Shown: positions 30,356-41,468, numbered from the stretch's first letter. The stretch: 64,000 bases of DNA from Leptospira sp. (GCA_034439575.1 JAWXAQ010000007.1:64001-128000); one strand, 5' to 3'. The notes: a model not told the origin generated them from the letters alone. Made by a program: numbers and translations.

Positions 30356-32371
30356 TTATTTTAACAGATCACCAGGATTAGCGTCTCTATCAGGAACAAA
30401 CAATGACAAGGTGCTATCTTTTCCAGAAGCCAATAACATAGCTTCTGAAAGACCGAATTTCATTTGTCTGGGTTTTAAATTTGCCACTACGACTACTTTC
30501 TTTCCGAGTAAGTCTTCTGGTGAATAAGCTGATTTGATGCCAGCAAATACATTTTTTATACCAATGGCACCTAGATCGACCTTAACGTTTAAAAGTTTAT
30601 CTGCACCTTCTACATGATTCGCTTCTTTAATCAATCCAACTCGCAATTCGACTTTTGCTAAATCGTCGATAGTAATCGTACCTGATTCTGAAATTTCTTT
30701 TACTTCCACTTTAGCTGTTTCCATTTGATTTTTTTCGAAGGCCTCTTTGGTATCTTGGATCATAGTCGCGATATTTTTTTCATCCACCCGTTTAGACAAC
30801 ATTTCGTAATTTGATAGTGAAATTTCTTCTATAGAAGTATCAATATTTGAAAAATCTAATTTGTCCAAATTGTATAATTTTCTAATTTGTTCGCTGATGC
30901 CAGGTGTAACAGGCGCTAAGTAAGTGAATAGAACTTTAGCACAATTGCTTGAAACGGTAACCACTTCTCTTGCTTTTTCAGGGTCAGTTTTAATGAGATT
31001 CCAAGGCGCATAATCATTCACATATTTATTGACCTTGTCACCAAGAGATGTAATTTCCCTCATCACTTTTGAATAATTTCTAGATTGATAAGCATCTGCG
31101 ATTTCTTGTTTTTTGGAAAGCAATTCACCAACCATGATTTTACCTTCGGATGAAAGTTTACCCAGTTTGCGATCTAACTTATCTAATATAGACGTAGACA
31201 CTCTTGAAACCAAATTTACTAAATTTCCAATTAAATCAGAATTTACCCTAGAAACAAAATCATCAAAAGAAATATCCACATCTTCCATACCAGAACCAAG
31301 TCGGCAGGCCAAATAAAATCTGAAATGTTCAGGATCCAGATATCGAATAAAGGTCGATGCATTAATGAATGTTCCACGAGACTTTGACATTTTTTCGCCA
31401 TTCACAGTTAAAAATCCGTGAACATTTAATTGGTCAGGAGTTTTATATCCCGAGCCCATTAACATAGCTGGCCAAAATAATCCATGAAAATATAAAATAT
31501 CTTTGCCTATGAAATGAACAATTTCCGACTTTCCATCTTTCCAATATTCATTAAATATTTTTTCATCTTTAAAAAAATTCATAGAAGAGGCCATATAACC
31601 AACAGGAGCATCTAGCCAAACATAAAAATATTTATTTTCTTCACCTGGTATCGCAAAACCAAAGTAAGGTCCATCACGACTAATATCCCATTCTTGTAAT
31701 CCTGAGTGAAACCATTCTTGTAATTTTTTTTGTGCTCCCTCGTTTAACCTTTCACCCACTTCCATCCATTCTTTCAGTTTGGATTGAAAATCTTGTAATT
31801 TAAAAAACAAATGTTTTGATTCTTTGAGAACTGGTTTATTATTACAAATTGAACAATAAGAATCTTTGAGGTCTTTGGGAGAATAACTAGTGCCACAAAC
31901 TTCACAAGAATCACCATACTGATCTTTTGCGCTACACTTCGGACATGTCCCTTTAATAAACCGATCGGGCAAAAACATTTTGTCATGTTCGCAATATGAT
32001 TGTTCTATATTACGTGATGTGATATGTCCTCGTTCTTTTAATGTTAAATAAATTTGCTCAGAAAACTTTTTGTTCTCTTCGGAATTTGTCGTATAATAAT
32101 TGTCATACTCCACCATAAACGAAGTTAAGTCTTTATAATGTTCTTTTTTAACTTCAATTATAAGTGCCTCTGGAGTTTTTCCAGCTTTTTTGGCTGCTAT
32201 CATAATGGGTGTCCCGTGCGTATCATCGGCACAGAAAAAAAGACATTCGTTACCTATTAACTTTTGGAATCTAACCCAAATGTCTGTTTGGACTGCTTCT
32301 AAAACATGCCCTAAATGAATGGAACCGTTCGCATATGGAAGAGCGCTTGTGACTAAGATTTTTTTCGCCAT
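30356..32371 (-). CDS. metG: Methionine--tRNA ligase
   Basis: YANGSIHLGH, zinc knuckles, KMSKS, C-terminal tRNA-binding OB domain. Confidence 0.97.
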   Translation of the reverse strand: MAKKILVTSALPYANGSIHLGHVLEAVQTDIWVRFQKLIGNECLFFCADDTHGTPIMIAAKKAGKTPEALIIEVKKEHYKDLTSFMVEYDNYYTTNSEENKKFSEQIYLTLKERGHITSRNIEQSYCEHDKMFLPDRFIKGTCPKCSAKDQYGDSCEVCGTSYSPKDLKDSYCSICNNKPVLKESKHLFFKLQDFQSKLKEWMEVGERLNEGAQKKLQEWFHSGLQEWDISRDGPYFGFAIPGEENKYFYVWLDAPVGYMASSMNFFKDEKIFNEYWKDGKSEIVHFIGKDILYFHGLFWPAMLMGSGYKTPDQLNVHGFLTVNGEKMSKSRGTFINASTFIRYLDPEHFRFYLACRLGSGMEDVDISFDDFVSRVNSDLIGNLVNLVSRVSTSILDKLDRKLGKLSSEGKIMVGELLSKKQEIADAYQSRNYSKVMREITSLGDKVNKYVNDYAPWNLIKTDPEKAREVVTVSSNCAKVLFTYLAPVTPGISEQIRKLYNLDKLDFSNIDTSIEEISLSNYEMLSKRVDEKNIATMIQDTKEAFEKNQMETAKVEVKEISESGTITIDDLAKVELRVGLIKEANHVEGADKLLNVKVDLGAIGIKNVFAGIKSAYSPEDLLGKKVVVVANLKPRQMKFGLSEAMLLASGKDSTLSLFVPDRDANPGDLLK

Positions 32372-32493
32372 AAAGATATACTCCAATTTCTTTCGAGTGA
32401 GATCGAATTCAGCCTATTTTTAGGAAATTTTAAGAAAAGTTTTCAAAAATGATGTTGATGATATTATTTTAATATTTATCGTCAGGGATTGCT

Positions 32494-32991
32494 ATGGCTA
32501 AGAAAATTCTACATAATATAAAACAAGGTAAAACACATAAGAGTGCCCATACCGATTCCCTGAAAAAGGATTTTACTCTAGAAGAAGATCTTCATGTAGA
32601 ATACGCTAAAATTTTAGTAAGCCTATGGTCCTACGCATGTAATGTAGATGGGCAATTAAAAAAGGGAGAGGGCGAACTAGTTTCCGATCTTGTCAATGTT
32701 CTCTTCGAACCAAATTGTTTGCTCAGTGATTACCGAGATCGCAAAAAGGATGTCCTTTCCATTCTTTCAGATACCTTTGAAAACCCATTACCTATGAAAA
32801 CAGTTGCGAAGGCCGTACTTGGTAATGACCAGTATTGTCTAAATTTTTATGAAGATGCAGTCTGTATTGTTGCGAGTGATGGAAACTTAAACCCACAGGA
32901 AGTGACCTTCTTAGATGAATTATCACAAGAATTACAAATTTCACCTATGGACAAACACCAGGTGGAAAGAAAATATTTAGGTGCTTCTTAA
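32494..32991 (+). CDS. TerB-family protein
   Basis: VDG.L..GE and ASDG.L.PQE..FL repeats. Confidence 0.8.
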   Translation: MAKKILHNIKQGKTHKSAHTDSLKKDFTLEEDLHVEYAKILVSLWSYACNVDGQLKKGEGELVSDLVNVLFEPNCLLSDYRDRKKDVLSILSDTFENPLPMKTVAKAVLGNDQYCLNFYEDAVCIVASDGNLNPQEVTFLDELSQELQISPMDKHQVERKYLGAS

Positions 32992-35674
32992 AACTTTTTA
33001 TTTTCTACTTTTCTTACTTTATTTTGTAAGTGAGATTTCCCCACGTCCTGGGATGGGGGGTTCCTATCGGTCTTCATCGTCTGGAAGTTCTGGATACAGA
33101 TCAAGTTCGAGTTCTAGTTATCGATCTTCAAGTTCGTACGGAAGTTCCAGTAATTCTTCGTACAATTCTAACTCTTCATATTCTGGACCCGAATCTACAT
33201 CTTATTTCCAGGCAAAAGATTATGAAATATCTATACATTTTAATAAAGATAGATCCGCTCATATAAAAGAAACATTTACCGTCATTAGCAAATCTGCAGA
33301 GGTTGGAATTTTAAGAAAAAAATTACCAATAATGTTGGATTGGAAAGTAGATAATTTAAAAGTTTCCCCTAAGGATTATTCGCACTCATCATTTGATCAT
33401 CAAATTGACATTAGTTGGCCTAAAGGAACAAATGATGTTGATCTACCTTTAGAAATTGAATACGATATAAAAAATGGAATCGGACTACTTGGTGAATTTC
33501 CCATTGTGTATTGGGAACTTAAAAAAATTACAAAAAATTCCGCTGATGGGAAATTGGAAATAACTTGGGATCCGGAAATCCATTGGAATTCGCTAGTATT
33601 TAAACAAAAAATTTATGATACAAATATTTCAGATTATGTGATCCAACCAGTTAAGCAAATCATCGAAGGAAACAAACTCACATTAAATTTCAACACACTG
33701 AATGAAAAATATTTATCTTTGATTCTTTCTGGATTTCCAGAGCCATTAACCTTAAATCAAGTAGAAGTTAAAGAAAACCCATCTCAAAAATACTATCTTA
33801 TCAAACAAAGAACAGAATTTCTCACAAATACCGCAAACATTCATTCTGGACAAATTTATCTGGAATCATCTGCATTAACAGAAAATATGCGACCCAATAT
33901 CGAATTTGAACATAGATACTTTTTGGATACAGAACCATATTCATGGCAATCATACTTTCAGCCTTCTTATCAATTTACGTATGCCCTTTCCGATGGATTA
34001 GATGCATCATTTTGGCATTTATATAGCATTGGAATTGAACAAGAACCTACAAAAGAGTATTTCAATAATAAAGAATATTTGAAATACGATATCGCTTATT
34101 CTAGATTAGGTGAACATAAGACAATCAATGATAATAATACAGAAATAATATACTTTGCTCCTTTTAAATTACAGTATGGTACTACGAAATTAAAATCCAT
34201 TTCTAATGAAATTATTTTCCCCATAGGTACCGATCTATCAAAAGTAACAGTCGGTCTGTATTTATCCGAATGTTCTTATTGCGCAGAAATATCATCTACC
34301 TTGGAATTACCAGCATCCATAGGAAAAGATAAAAATCGCATCTTACTCAATTGGGAACATCCAATTCCGAATGATTATTCCCCAATTATCAAAATAGAAA
34401 TGGAGAATCATTCTTTTTCACGGGGATACTTTTTTACTTATTTGGCCGCCTTACGTTCGCTATGGTTATCTCCTGGGTCAGGAACTAACATTGGATATAT
34501 CATAAAAAGCACCATCTTACTATGTATTCCACTCTTCGCCTTATATTTTTACACTCGCATCAAATTAATGCACCTAAAGAAAAAGCAAAAATTTGCAGAA
34601 TTCATAAGTACCCTAAAATCGTCCGACGCCTCTTTTGATTTAGAAGAATTTTTGAACAAAACGAAACAAATTGCCGAAAAAATAGTTTCGGCTTGGTGTG
34701 AAGGAAATATGGAACCTGCAAGACATTTCATTTCGGCAGGTGTTTTTCAAAGATTTCAAATCCAATTAAAACTGTTAAATGAATTGGATAAGATGAAAAA
34801 TTATATGGATGAATTCCAAGTTTTGTCTCAAGAAATCATACATTCTTCGACATATAACGGATACACAACGGTCCATCTCAAAATGAGATGTCGCGCCAAA
34901 GATATCTCATTGCCAATTATTACATCAAAAGATGAGATTCAAAAGGCCATTCAACAATCGAATGCTGGCACGTATGAAGAAGTATATAGTTTTACTCGTA
35001 AATCAACAACACAAACCAAGTTGGGTGTCAATTTATTTTCCAATCTTTGTCCTTCCTGTGGGGGAGATACAAAAAGTAGCCATATCACCAACAAATGCCA
35101 GTATTGTGGAACCATTTACAATTCTGGAGAGGCAGATTGGGTTCTATCTGAAATCACCCAAATAATAGAATGGGATTTTGATGATGTAAATTCTAAAAAA
35201 TCTATGGAACAAATGATTCAAAAATCTCCGACACCAATTCAAATCATTGAAGATAGAGCTTCAGCTCTCTTGTGGAAATGGTTATTCGCAAAGTTCCATG
35301 CTGATCCAAGATATTTAAAACGGGAGTCTTCCAACACAAAGCTTCTCGAAAGTTTAAAAAACCAAGAAAACTTTTATATTCCAGTGATTGGTTCGGCAGA
35401 GATAAATGATATTAGTATAAATCCTTCTGAAGCGATTGCAAATGTTTCAATACGCTGGAGTGCAGCAAGGTCATTGAATGCCATTCCCGAAAACCGTTTA
35501 TCAAATCTGAGATTAAAATTAAATGTCAATCGGGACACAAAACTTGGCTTTGGCGAAGTTTCTTGCAAAAATTGCGGTGCTCCATTTCCTGAAATAGATG
35601 CTAACCAATGTTCTTATTGTGGAGAAATCATACCGACACAAGTCGCAGATTGGTTGTTGGATAATATAAATTAA
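32981..35674 (+). CDS. Large membrane protein: DUF2207-like N-terminus, Tim44-like domains and two zinc ribbons
   Basis: RPGMGGSY plus Ser-rich linker; FISAGVFQRF, EEVYSFTR; CPSCG...CQYCG and CKNCG...CSYCG. Confidence 0.7.
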   Translation: MLLKTFYFLLFLLYFVSEISPRPGMGGSYRSSSSGSSGYRSSSSSSYRSSSSYGSSSNSSYNSNSSYSGPESTSYFQAKDYEISIHFNKDRSAHIKETFTVISKSAEVGILRKKLPIMLDWKVDNLKVSPKDYSHSSFDHQIDISWPKGTNDVDLPLEIEYDIKNGIGLLGEFPIVYWELKKITKNSADGKLEITWDPEIHWNSLVFKQKIYDTNISDYVIQPVKQIIEGNKLTLNFNTLNEKYLSLILSGFPEPLTLNQVEVKENPSQKYYLIKQRTEFLTNTANIHSGQIYLESSALTENMRPNIEFEHRYFLDTEPYSWQSYFQPSYQFTYALSDGLDASFWHLYSIGIEQEPTKEYFNNKEYLKYDIAYSRLGEHKTINDNNTEIIYFAPFKLQYGTTKLKSISNEIIFPIGTDLSKVTVGLYLSECSYCAEISSTLELPASIGKDKNRILLNWEHPIPNDYSPIIKIEMENHSFSRGYFFTYLAALRSLWLSPGSGTNIGYIIKSTILLCIPLFALYFYTRIKLMHLKKKQKFAEFISTLKSSDASFDLEEFLNKTKQIAEKIVSAWCEGNMEPARHFISAGVFQRFQIQLKLLNELDKMKNYMDEFQVLSQEIIHSSTYNGYTTVHLKMRCRAKDISLPIITSKDEIQKAIQQSNAGTYEEVYSFTRKSTTQTKLGVNLFSNLCPSCGGDTKSSHITNKCQYCGTIYNSGEADWVLSEITQIIEWDFDDVNSKKSMEQMIQKSPTPIQIIEDRASALLWKWLFAKFHADPRYLKRESSNTKLLESLKNQENFYIPVIGSAEINDISINPSEAIANVSIRWSAARSLNAIPENRLSNLRLKLNVNRDTKLGFGEVSCKNCGAPFPEIDANQCSYCGEIIPTQVADWLLDNIN

Positions 35675-35702
35675 AATATTACTTTACTTTTTTATTTTAT
35701 AT

Positions 35703-36407
35703 TTAGTATAAATTTTTGGAATAACAAATCCAATGGCGATCTGTGATTTGATCTACACTAAGTTTGTCTGCCATTTTTATGACACCTAACATTGACTTTA
35801 CTTCTTCGATCGTATATGAGGCAAGAAGACTATTATAAAAATCTTTTTTCAATATTTCTGATTCATTTTTAGTATATAAATTAACTAAGTTTTTCGCATC
35901 CAATGTGCTTATAGGTCGTATCAAATCACAAATAAATAGGAAACTATCGGCATGTATCGACCTCTGCATAGTGGCCCATAATTCAAAAGGATCTTCTAAA
36001 TGATGTAAGAGAGAATTTGAAAAAAATAAATCATATTTATACTCTGGTATCCATTCTTGGATTTGTGATTGATGCCATTGAATTTGATGTTTATTAAATC
36101 TATTTGTAATATATGATTTATTAATATTTATCATCGGTAAGGAACCATCAACTGCATCCAAATTTGCATTTGGAAACGTTTCAAAAAGTCGAGCCGTCAT
36201 ATCACCGGAACCTGCACCAAGATCGAGAATACGATTTGGATGAAATGAATTCGGTAGATGATTCTTTAGTTGTTGGATGATATAGGAATGTGATTCAGAA
36301 AAATCAGCATTGGCATAACTCTGAATTTGTTCTGAGTCCAACATCAATTCTTGTTCCGGAATTCTTTGGAGATTGAACGATGGATAAGCTAAAGAACGAA
36401 TCTGCAT
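35703..36407 (-). CDS. Class I SAM-dependent methyltransferase
   Basis: LDLGAGSG, SNSLLHH. Confidence 0.9.
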   Translation of the reverse strand: MQIRSLAYPSFNLQRIPEQELMLDSEQIQSYANADFSESHSYIIQQLKNHLPNSFHPNRILDLGAGSGDMTARLFETFPNANLDAVDGSLPMININKSYITNRFNKHQIQWHQSQIQEWIPEYKYDLFFSNSLLHHLEDPFELWATMQRSIHADSFLFICDLIRPISTLDAKNLVNLYTKNESEILKKDFYNSLLASYTIEEVKSMLGVIKMADKLSVDQITDRHWICYSKNLY

Positions 36408-36526
36408 CTTTGGTAATGATTATATATTCTATAGGGATAATCCATCATTTTATTGACATTTACCATTCGGTAGATAGTATTTAAGGAATTGATTTAAAAT
36501 TTTATATTCAATTTAGGAAAATCGTT

Positions 36527-37207
36527 ATGATGTCATTTCAAAGTTTCAAATTCTTATTTTCGTTATTCATTGTTAGTTTTCTAACAATTACAAATGTTAT
36601 ACTAGCAGATGAGCCGACATGGAAAGAAGCTAAAAAGAAAAATGGAGTCACCGTTCTCACTCGCGACTTTCCTGGTTCCAAAGTAGAAGAATTTATCGGC
36701 AAAACGGAAGTCGATGCAACTATCTCTCAAGTGTTTGGTCTTTTATCAGATCCGGAATCTTGTAAATATCTCTACTTCAACTGCAAAGAGTTAGAAGTTC
36801 TTTCGAAAGTTAATAGAAAGAGCGTTGTTTATGTTCGAAATGGTGCGCCTTGGCCAGTCTCAGATAGAGATGTAGTGATGGATAGAGTTGTTGATCAAAA
36901 TTCAAAGACAAAAATCGGAACGATGAAACTTAAAAAAAACGAATCAGTCTCTAAGCCTTCTCCCTCCGGTGTGACAAGAATGGATTCCTTTGAAGCGACA
37001 TGGAGGATCATTCCGACAGCACCTGGAAAAATCAAAATCGAATACCAGGCTCACTTTGAACCAGGCGGATCTATCCCTCAATCTGTGATCAATTTAGCAA
37101 TTACCGATACACCTTACAATACTTTGGTGAATCTTAGAAAAGCCATTGAAGAAGGAAAATTCAAAGATAACAAATTGGATTGGGTTGTTGAAATGGAAAG
37201 TGAATGA
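36527..37207 (+). CDS. START-domain lipid-binding protein
   Basis: PWPVSDRD, EPGGSIP. Confidence 0.88.
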   Translation: MMSFQSFKFLFSLFIVSFLTITNVILADEPTWKEAKKKNGVTVLTRDFPGSKVEEFIGKTEVDATISQVFGLLSDPESCKYLYFNCKELEVLSKVNRKSVVYVRNGAPWPVSDRDVVMDRVVDQNSKTKIGTMKLKKNESVSKPSPSGVTRMDSFEATWRIIPTAPGKIKIEYQAHFEPGGSIPQSVINLAITDTPYNTLVNLRKAIEEGKFKDNKLDWVVEMESE

Positions 37208-37222
37208 TTTAAATTATTTTTT

Positions 37223-37870
37223 TTATTTTGGATAAAGCATTAAATTGATTTTGTTTTCCAATTCTTCAACTTGGCTTTTTTCATCTTTTGTTAGGTGCTC
37301 CCAAATGCCATGTTCTTTTTTCCATTCGCGCAATTGTTTAGAAGCGGTCAGTAAATCCTTTCTCTGGCCAGTCTTCACATAACATTCACAATTCTCTCTT
37401 ACCAATTTTGAAACATCGTCATAATCAAAATCGCGAAGGGAATTTGTATTGTCCCAAACTTTCTTTGTGTATTCGTACCCACCCTCTGCGGCAAGTCCGA
37501 CTGCCACCTTTGAACCCACTTCCAAAACACAACTAGCTCCTTCACTGGATTTTGATTTGCTTGATGCTTCCAAAGCTAAAATAGGAGCACAAATGAGAAT
37601 TCCGACCACAGCACCACCACCTAAGTAAACAATCGTCTCTGTAACAGCTGTTCCACCAGTGGCGACAACGGAGACCACCTGACCGGATCTCGCTTCAATA
37701 TTTTCCTTTGACTTTTCCAAGAATAAGGATTCGAAAATATCTTCAGAATTTTCTTCACACATTTCCCGATGTTGGATGATATGTTCTGGCTCCAAAGAAC
37801 GAACTACAGGCTTTGGCGCGCACTGAACTATAAAAATGAAAACCAATAAATAAGTAAAAATCTGTCGCAT
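37223..37870 (-). CDS. Hypothetical lipoprotein
   Basis: Lipobox IVQC; hydrophobic Gly/Ala segment. Confidence 0.7.
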   Translation of the reverse strand: MRQIFTYLLVFIFIVQCAPKPVVRSLEPEHIIQHREMCEENSEDIFESLFLEKSKENIEARSGQVVSVVATGGTAVTETIVYLGGGAVVGILICAPILALEASSKSKSSEGASCVLEVGSKVAVGLAAEGGYEYTKKVWDNTNSLRDFDYDDVSKLVRENCECYVKTGQRKDLLTASKQLREWKKEHGIWEHLTKDEKSQVEELENKINLMLYPK

Positions 37871-38026
37871 TTTAAAAACCTTTTTGATGGTCTTTTTAAT
37901 ACAATTGTTTCCAATAGCAAGGAATTTTTGGTAGGTATTTTGGAGACTATAATGGAATTCAATATGTCGCCTAATTATAATTAAATGGCGTACCTAGTTC
38001 CCATCCCGGGGCTGTCGATAGCAAAC

Positions 38027-38115
38027 CTCGCTCCCATCTCCCTTCCCTCTCGCACTCCTGCTCGAAGGAAGGACTACGACATCCATGTCTCCGTTACCGA
38101 TGGAAACAAGCTTTG
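38027..38115 (-). repeat. Structured dispersed repeat copy 1 (two GGA-loop hairpins; TwoAYGGAY/CsrA-site-like)
   Basis: Near-identical to 41655-41742; minus-strand hairpins GAC-AUGGAU-GUC and GC-AGGAGU-GC within a closing stem. Confidence 0.8.
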
Positions 38116-38735
38116 CTAGGTGAAGAAAGATCTATTAACCAAATTATTATAATGAGATATAGATCAATGCATTTACAAATATTGTAAATTGGTTAAATCT
38201 TTCATTTTTGATAAAAATCTCATTTTATGACAATGGATTTCTTAAATTCGAAGAAATAAATTATTTCTTATTTAAATTCACATTTTTTTTAAAATATTTA
38301 TCTAGCGCTTAATTTTTGGAATAACATGGGACTGTAAGTTTATATTGTCATTAAAATTTCTGTTTTAGCGAAGAATGTTTCTGTAATTGAACTTTTTACG
38401 AGGCAAGATTTATTGACGATGAAATAAGGCTTTGGCAACTATTGACTATTTTTTGGGTCTCACTAAGAATGAGATTCCTTCCACAAGTTGACAATCGATA
38501 ATATACTACTTTTCTTAACCTCCTCCGATGTCGAATATCATAAGAGACATAATAGTCTTGTAAATGTATAAGCTAAGAATTAAGACTATTTTGTACGGGG
38601 TGAACCGTTTTGGATTCGATACTTCAATAATGGAAAAACTATAACTTAAATCCTCAGTGGTTAATTGAGATTCAATAAAATATATCTGGCAATTTCGTTG
38701 TATTAAATAGCTATGAAATAAAAGTTTATATATTC

Positions 38736-40004
38736 ATGAAAAAAATGGTTAACGCGAAACATATAGCTTTCTTTCTCACATTTTGCATTTTTACGCTCAT
38801 CAGTTATGGCATTTTTATTTATAGTTTTTCATTGAACTTACCCATGTGGGATGATTATGATTCTGCACTAGGTTTTTTAAATAGTTGGTCATCAGAAATT
38901 AATTATAATGATAGGATTCAATTATTATTTTCTCAACACAATGAGCACAGAATTGTACTTACAAGATTGATAGAATTATCATATTTCAAAATTTTTAACA
39001 ATTTGAATTTTTTTCACTTAATATTAATATCCAATGTATTTCTCTTTGTTATAATCGGACTTCATGTCTTTTATTTCTATAAATACCAATATGAATATTT
39101 TTGGCAATTAACAACAATTTGCCTCTTCCTTTTGTTATCACCAATTCAATGGGAAGCCCAACTTTGGACATGCGGTGGGTTGCAGAATTTTGGCCAGGTA
39201 ATGTTCTCAATGGCAACCATCTTTCTAATAAAACCAGTTCTAACGAAAACAGGATATGTCAAGATTGCACATGCAGCATTGCTTTTGCTATTCAGCGGAA
39301 TAAATATCTTCATTGGGGGTGCGTTCGTTCCTCTTTTTATAAGCATTAGTTTATTTTTCTTAATTAAGAGAGAATATAAATTAGTTACCCTTTCTATTTT
39401 TGTGTATAGTGCATTCTTTTATTTCTACTTCGTACTTCTTAATTATAATCATTCGCCTCATCCATCACCTTCCATATTCAATTTTATAGTATTCTTTTTT
39501 GCCTTTGTTGGTAATGGACTGCATATCTTTCATCCGTTAATAACCCTTCTTTGTGGTTTATTCATTGTAATACTTGGGTTTTATTTTAGGAAAATAATTT
39601 TAAGAAACGAAATACACCTTCTTTACATAATTTTCTTTATTCTCGTAAATTTGTTAACTGATTATTCAAGATCATATATGGACCCTGCTTTGGGGCATTC
39701 CAGTCGATATGCAATTTATAGTTTAATACTAATTTTATTTTTAATTGAAATGTCCTTGTATTATTCAGTAATAAGAAAGTTTTTCACTTGGATTGTGTTT
39801 CTTTGCTTATTGCATTTTTTAGTATCATTTAATTCTGTTTTAAAAAATCGCGATTTCCTTGCCAGATATAACACAACTAAATCAGATATTTTCTATCCGG
39901 ATATCTCGGTTGCTATTGAAAAATATAATCTAGCGAAGATGAATAAGATATTTAGTAGCACAGAATTAGATTTGAATATTGAAAAATATTCCAACATGAA
40001 ATAA
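38736..40004 (+). CDS. Polytopic membrane protein, GT-C/GtrII-like glycosyltransferase candidate
   Basis: PMWDDY and QHNEHRI luminal motifs after TM1; many TM segments; very AT-rich. Confidence 0.65.
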   Translation: MKKMVNAKHIAFFLTFCIFTLISYGIFIYSFSLNLPMWDDYDSALGFLNSWSSEINYNDRIQLLFSQHNEHRIVLTRLIELSYFKIFNNLNFFHLILISNVFLFVIIGLHVFYFYKYQYEYFWQLTTICLFLLLSPIQWEAQLWTCGGLQNFGQVMFSMATIFLIKPVLTKTGYVKIAHAALLLLFSGINIFIGGAFVPLFISISLFFLIKREYKLVTLSIFVYSAFFYFYFVLLNYNHSPHPSPSIFNFIVFFFAFVGNGLHIFHPLITLLCGLFIVILGFYFRKIILRNEIHLLYIIFFILVNLLTDYSRSYMDPALGHSSRYAIYSLILILFLIEMSLYYSVIRKFFTWIVFLCLLHFLVSFNSVLKNRDFLARYNTTKSDIFYPDISVAIEKYNLAKMNKIFSSTELDLNIEKYSNMK

Positions 40005-40448
40005 TAGAAATCTTGAAAAATTATTTTTTATTCAATTTGAATATTAAAAGGTAAAATAGCAGTTATTAAGCGGTCTTACTTTATTGATGAGCGACTAAAT
40101 ATTTATTGTCGCCTTTCCTTTATACAGACTGATATCTATACTGGCTAATCTATCAAGAAGGCTTGGTATTCAAATTTGGAATGCCAATTAAATAAAATTG
40201 CAAAGTTTTAACTAAAAATAAATTGCTTGTGCTTCCATAATTTTTGCCAAATAATCTTTCTGATGTAAAGCCTTTGTTATTATTTCGATCTTCACTTTGG
40301 GCACCTCGCATCCGTTATATTGAGCAACACTTCGTTAATGACGCGCTCTCCACTTCGGTCGTGCTCATCACTGCATCTATAACATTGAATATACTACTTT
40401 TTTAATGCTAATGGCCAATTCTATCCTCAATTGAGAATTGGAATAAAA

Positions 40449-40634
40449 TCAATCTAAAATTTTTTGAATCCAATATCTTATAAGGAAATTTATGAAAGAT
40501 ATATTTCCTGATTTCTCCAATTTCAACAGACCAAGTTTTCGGAAAGCCAAATATCTTTTTTGAAGCCTTCCAAATGTAATCTCGAAATCGTAAGCCAAGA
40601 CCCTCGTATTCAATTTCGTAAAAAAAAATGGCAT
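40449..40634 (-). pseudogene. Possible degenerate winged-helix fragment
   Basis: TRVLAYDFEITFGRLQK...LGLL....GN pattern resembles wHTH; short and without clear RBS. Confidence 0.25.
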
Positions 40635-40667
40635 CTTCTAACGTATGAGCTTACCAACGTAAGTGCA

Positions 40668-41123
40668 TTATAAAATAGAATTTAATAACTTTTGATTATT
40701 GTTCTTAAAGGGATTAATGATTTTTAGTTTATTTATCTTAGCACCATCATTAAAATCTTCAGAAAATAAATAATCACAATCAAGATCCAAAGCCGCTAAA
40801 GCTATTAAAGAATCATAGTAAGACAATTTATTTTTTTCTCTCAATTTTAGAGCATTTTTATAGAAATTTATGTTTGGATAAAAAGAACATATCGGATCTA
40901 GAATTTTATCAATTAAACTTAAAATATCTTTTTCCTTCATAGGTGGTTGACCTCTTGTAAGCATAACATTGCTAAATTCTTGGATAACTTGGTAACTTAC
41001 GTAAAACCTATCGGATTTGAATGAAGCCTTAATAATATTTGAAGAGATTTTCTTTTTATCTAAATCCGTTGCAGAGAAGAAATAAATAAAGATATTTGTA
41101 TCAATGAAAACTTTACCTTTCAT
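40668..41123 (-). CDS. vapC: PIN-domain toxin (VapC-like)
   Basis: FIDTNIF, QVIQE, YYDSLI, SEDF. Confidence 0.9.
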   Translation of the reverse strand: MKGKVFIDTNIFIYFFSATDLDKKKISSNIIKASFKSDRFYVSYQVIQEFSNVMLTRGQPPMKEKDILSLIDKILDPICSFYPNINFYKNALKLREKNKLSYYDSLIALAALDLDCDYLFSEDFNDGAKINKLKIINPFKNNNQKLLNSIL

Positions 41124-41331
41124 TAGCTTCTTCGCGTGTGATTTTTCTATTAATCTTTACATATTCGAATTTTTTTAAATAACTATCTAAATCAAAGTCT
41201 TTAGGTTCAGACTCAGAATAAGCACGAAGCCAATCATTAAATATGTCATTTAAAGATCTTTTTTGTTGACTTGCTTTTAAACGAGCTTTATCGATTGCCC
41301 TCTCATCTGCTCTAAAAGTAATATTTTTCAT
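41113..41331 (-). CDS. RHH-type antitoxin (VapB-like)
   Basis: MKNITFRAD beta-ribbon start, TREEANER end, overlaps PIN gene start. Confidence 0.85.
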   Translation of the reverse strand: MKNITFRADERAIDKARLKASQQKRSLNDIFNDWLRAYSESEPKDFDLDSYLKKFEYVKINRKITREEANER

Positions 41332-41340
41332 CAATTTTAA

Positions 41341-41361
41341 ATTACACGAATTTCGTGCAAT
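41341..41361. promoter_or_regulatory. Palindromic operator upstream of TA operon
   Basis: ATT-A-CACGAA-T-TTCGTG-C-AAT about 10 bp before the antitoxin start. Confidence 0.6.
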
Positions 41362-41468
41362 TAGTCAAACTAATAATTGAATAAATTAATTGCACTTTGA
41401 AGAATAAATCTGACCGGTTTATCTAAACTCGTAATAAGTCCATCAGTGCCTTTTCTAAGATCCCTACC

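Noticed and set aside
33050-33200. Repetitive TCT/AGT-rich tract
   Set aside because: Ser/Gly/Tyr low-complexity coding linker, not a DNA repeat array
38551-38590. 9-bp inverted repeat AATAGTCTT...AAGACTATT upstream of the GT-C-like gene
   Set aside because: Short, AT-rich, long spacer; could arise by chance
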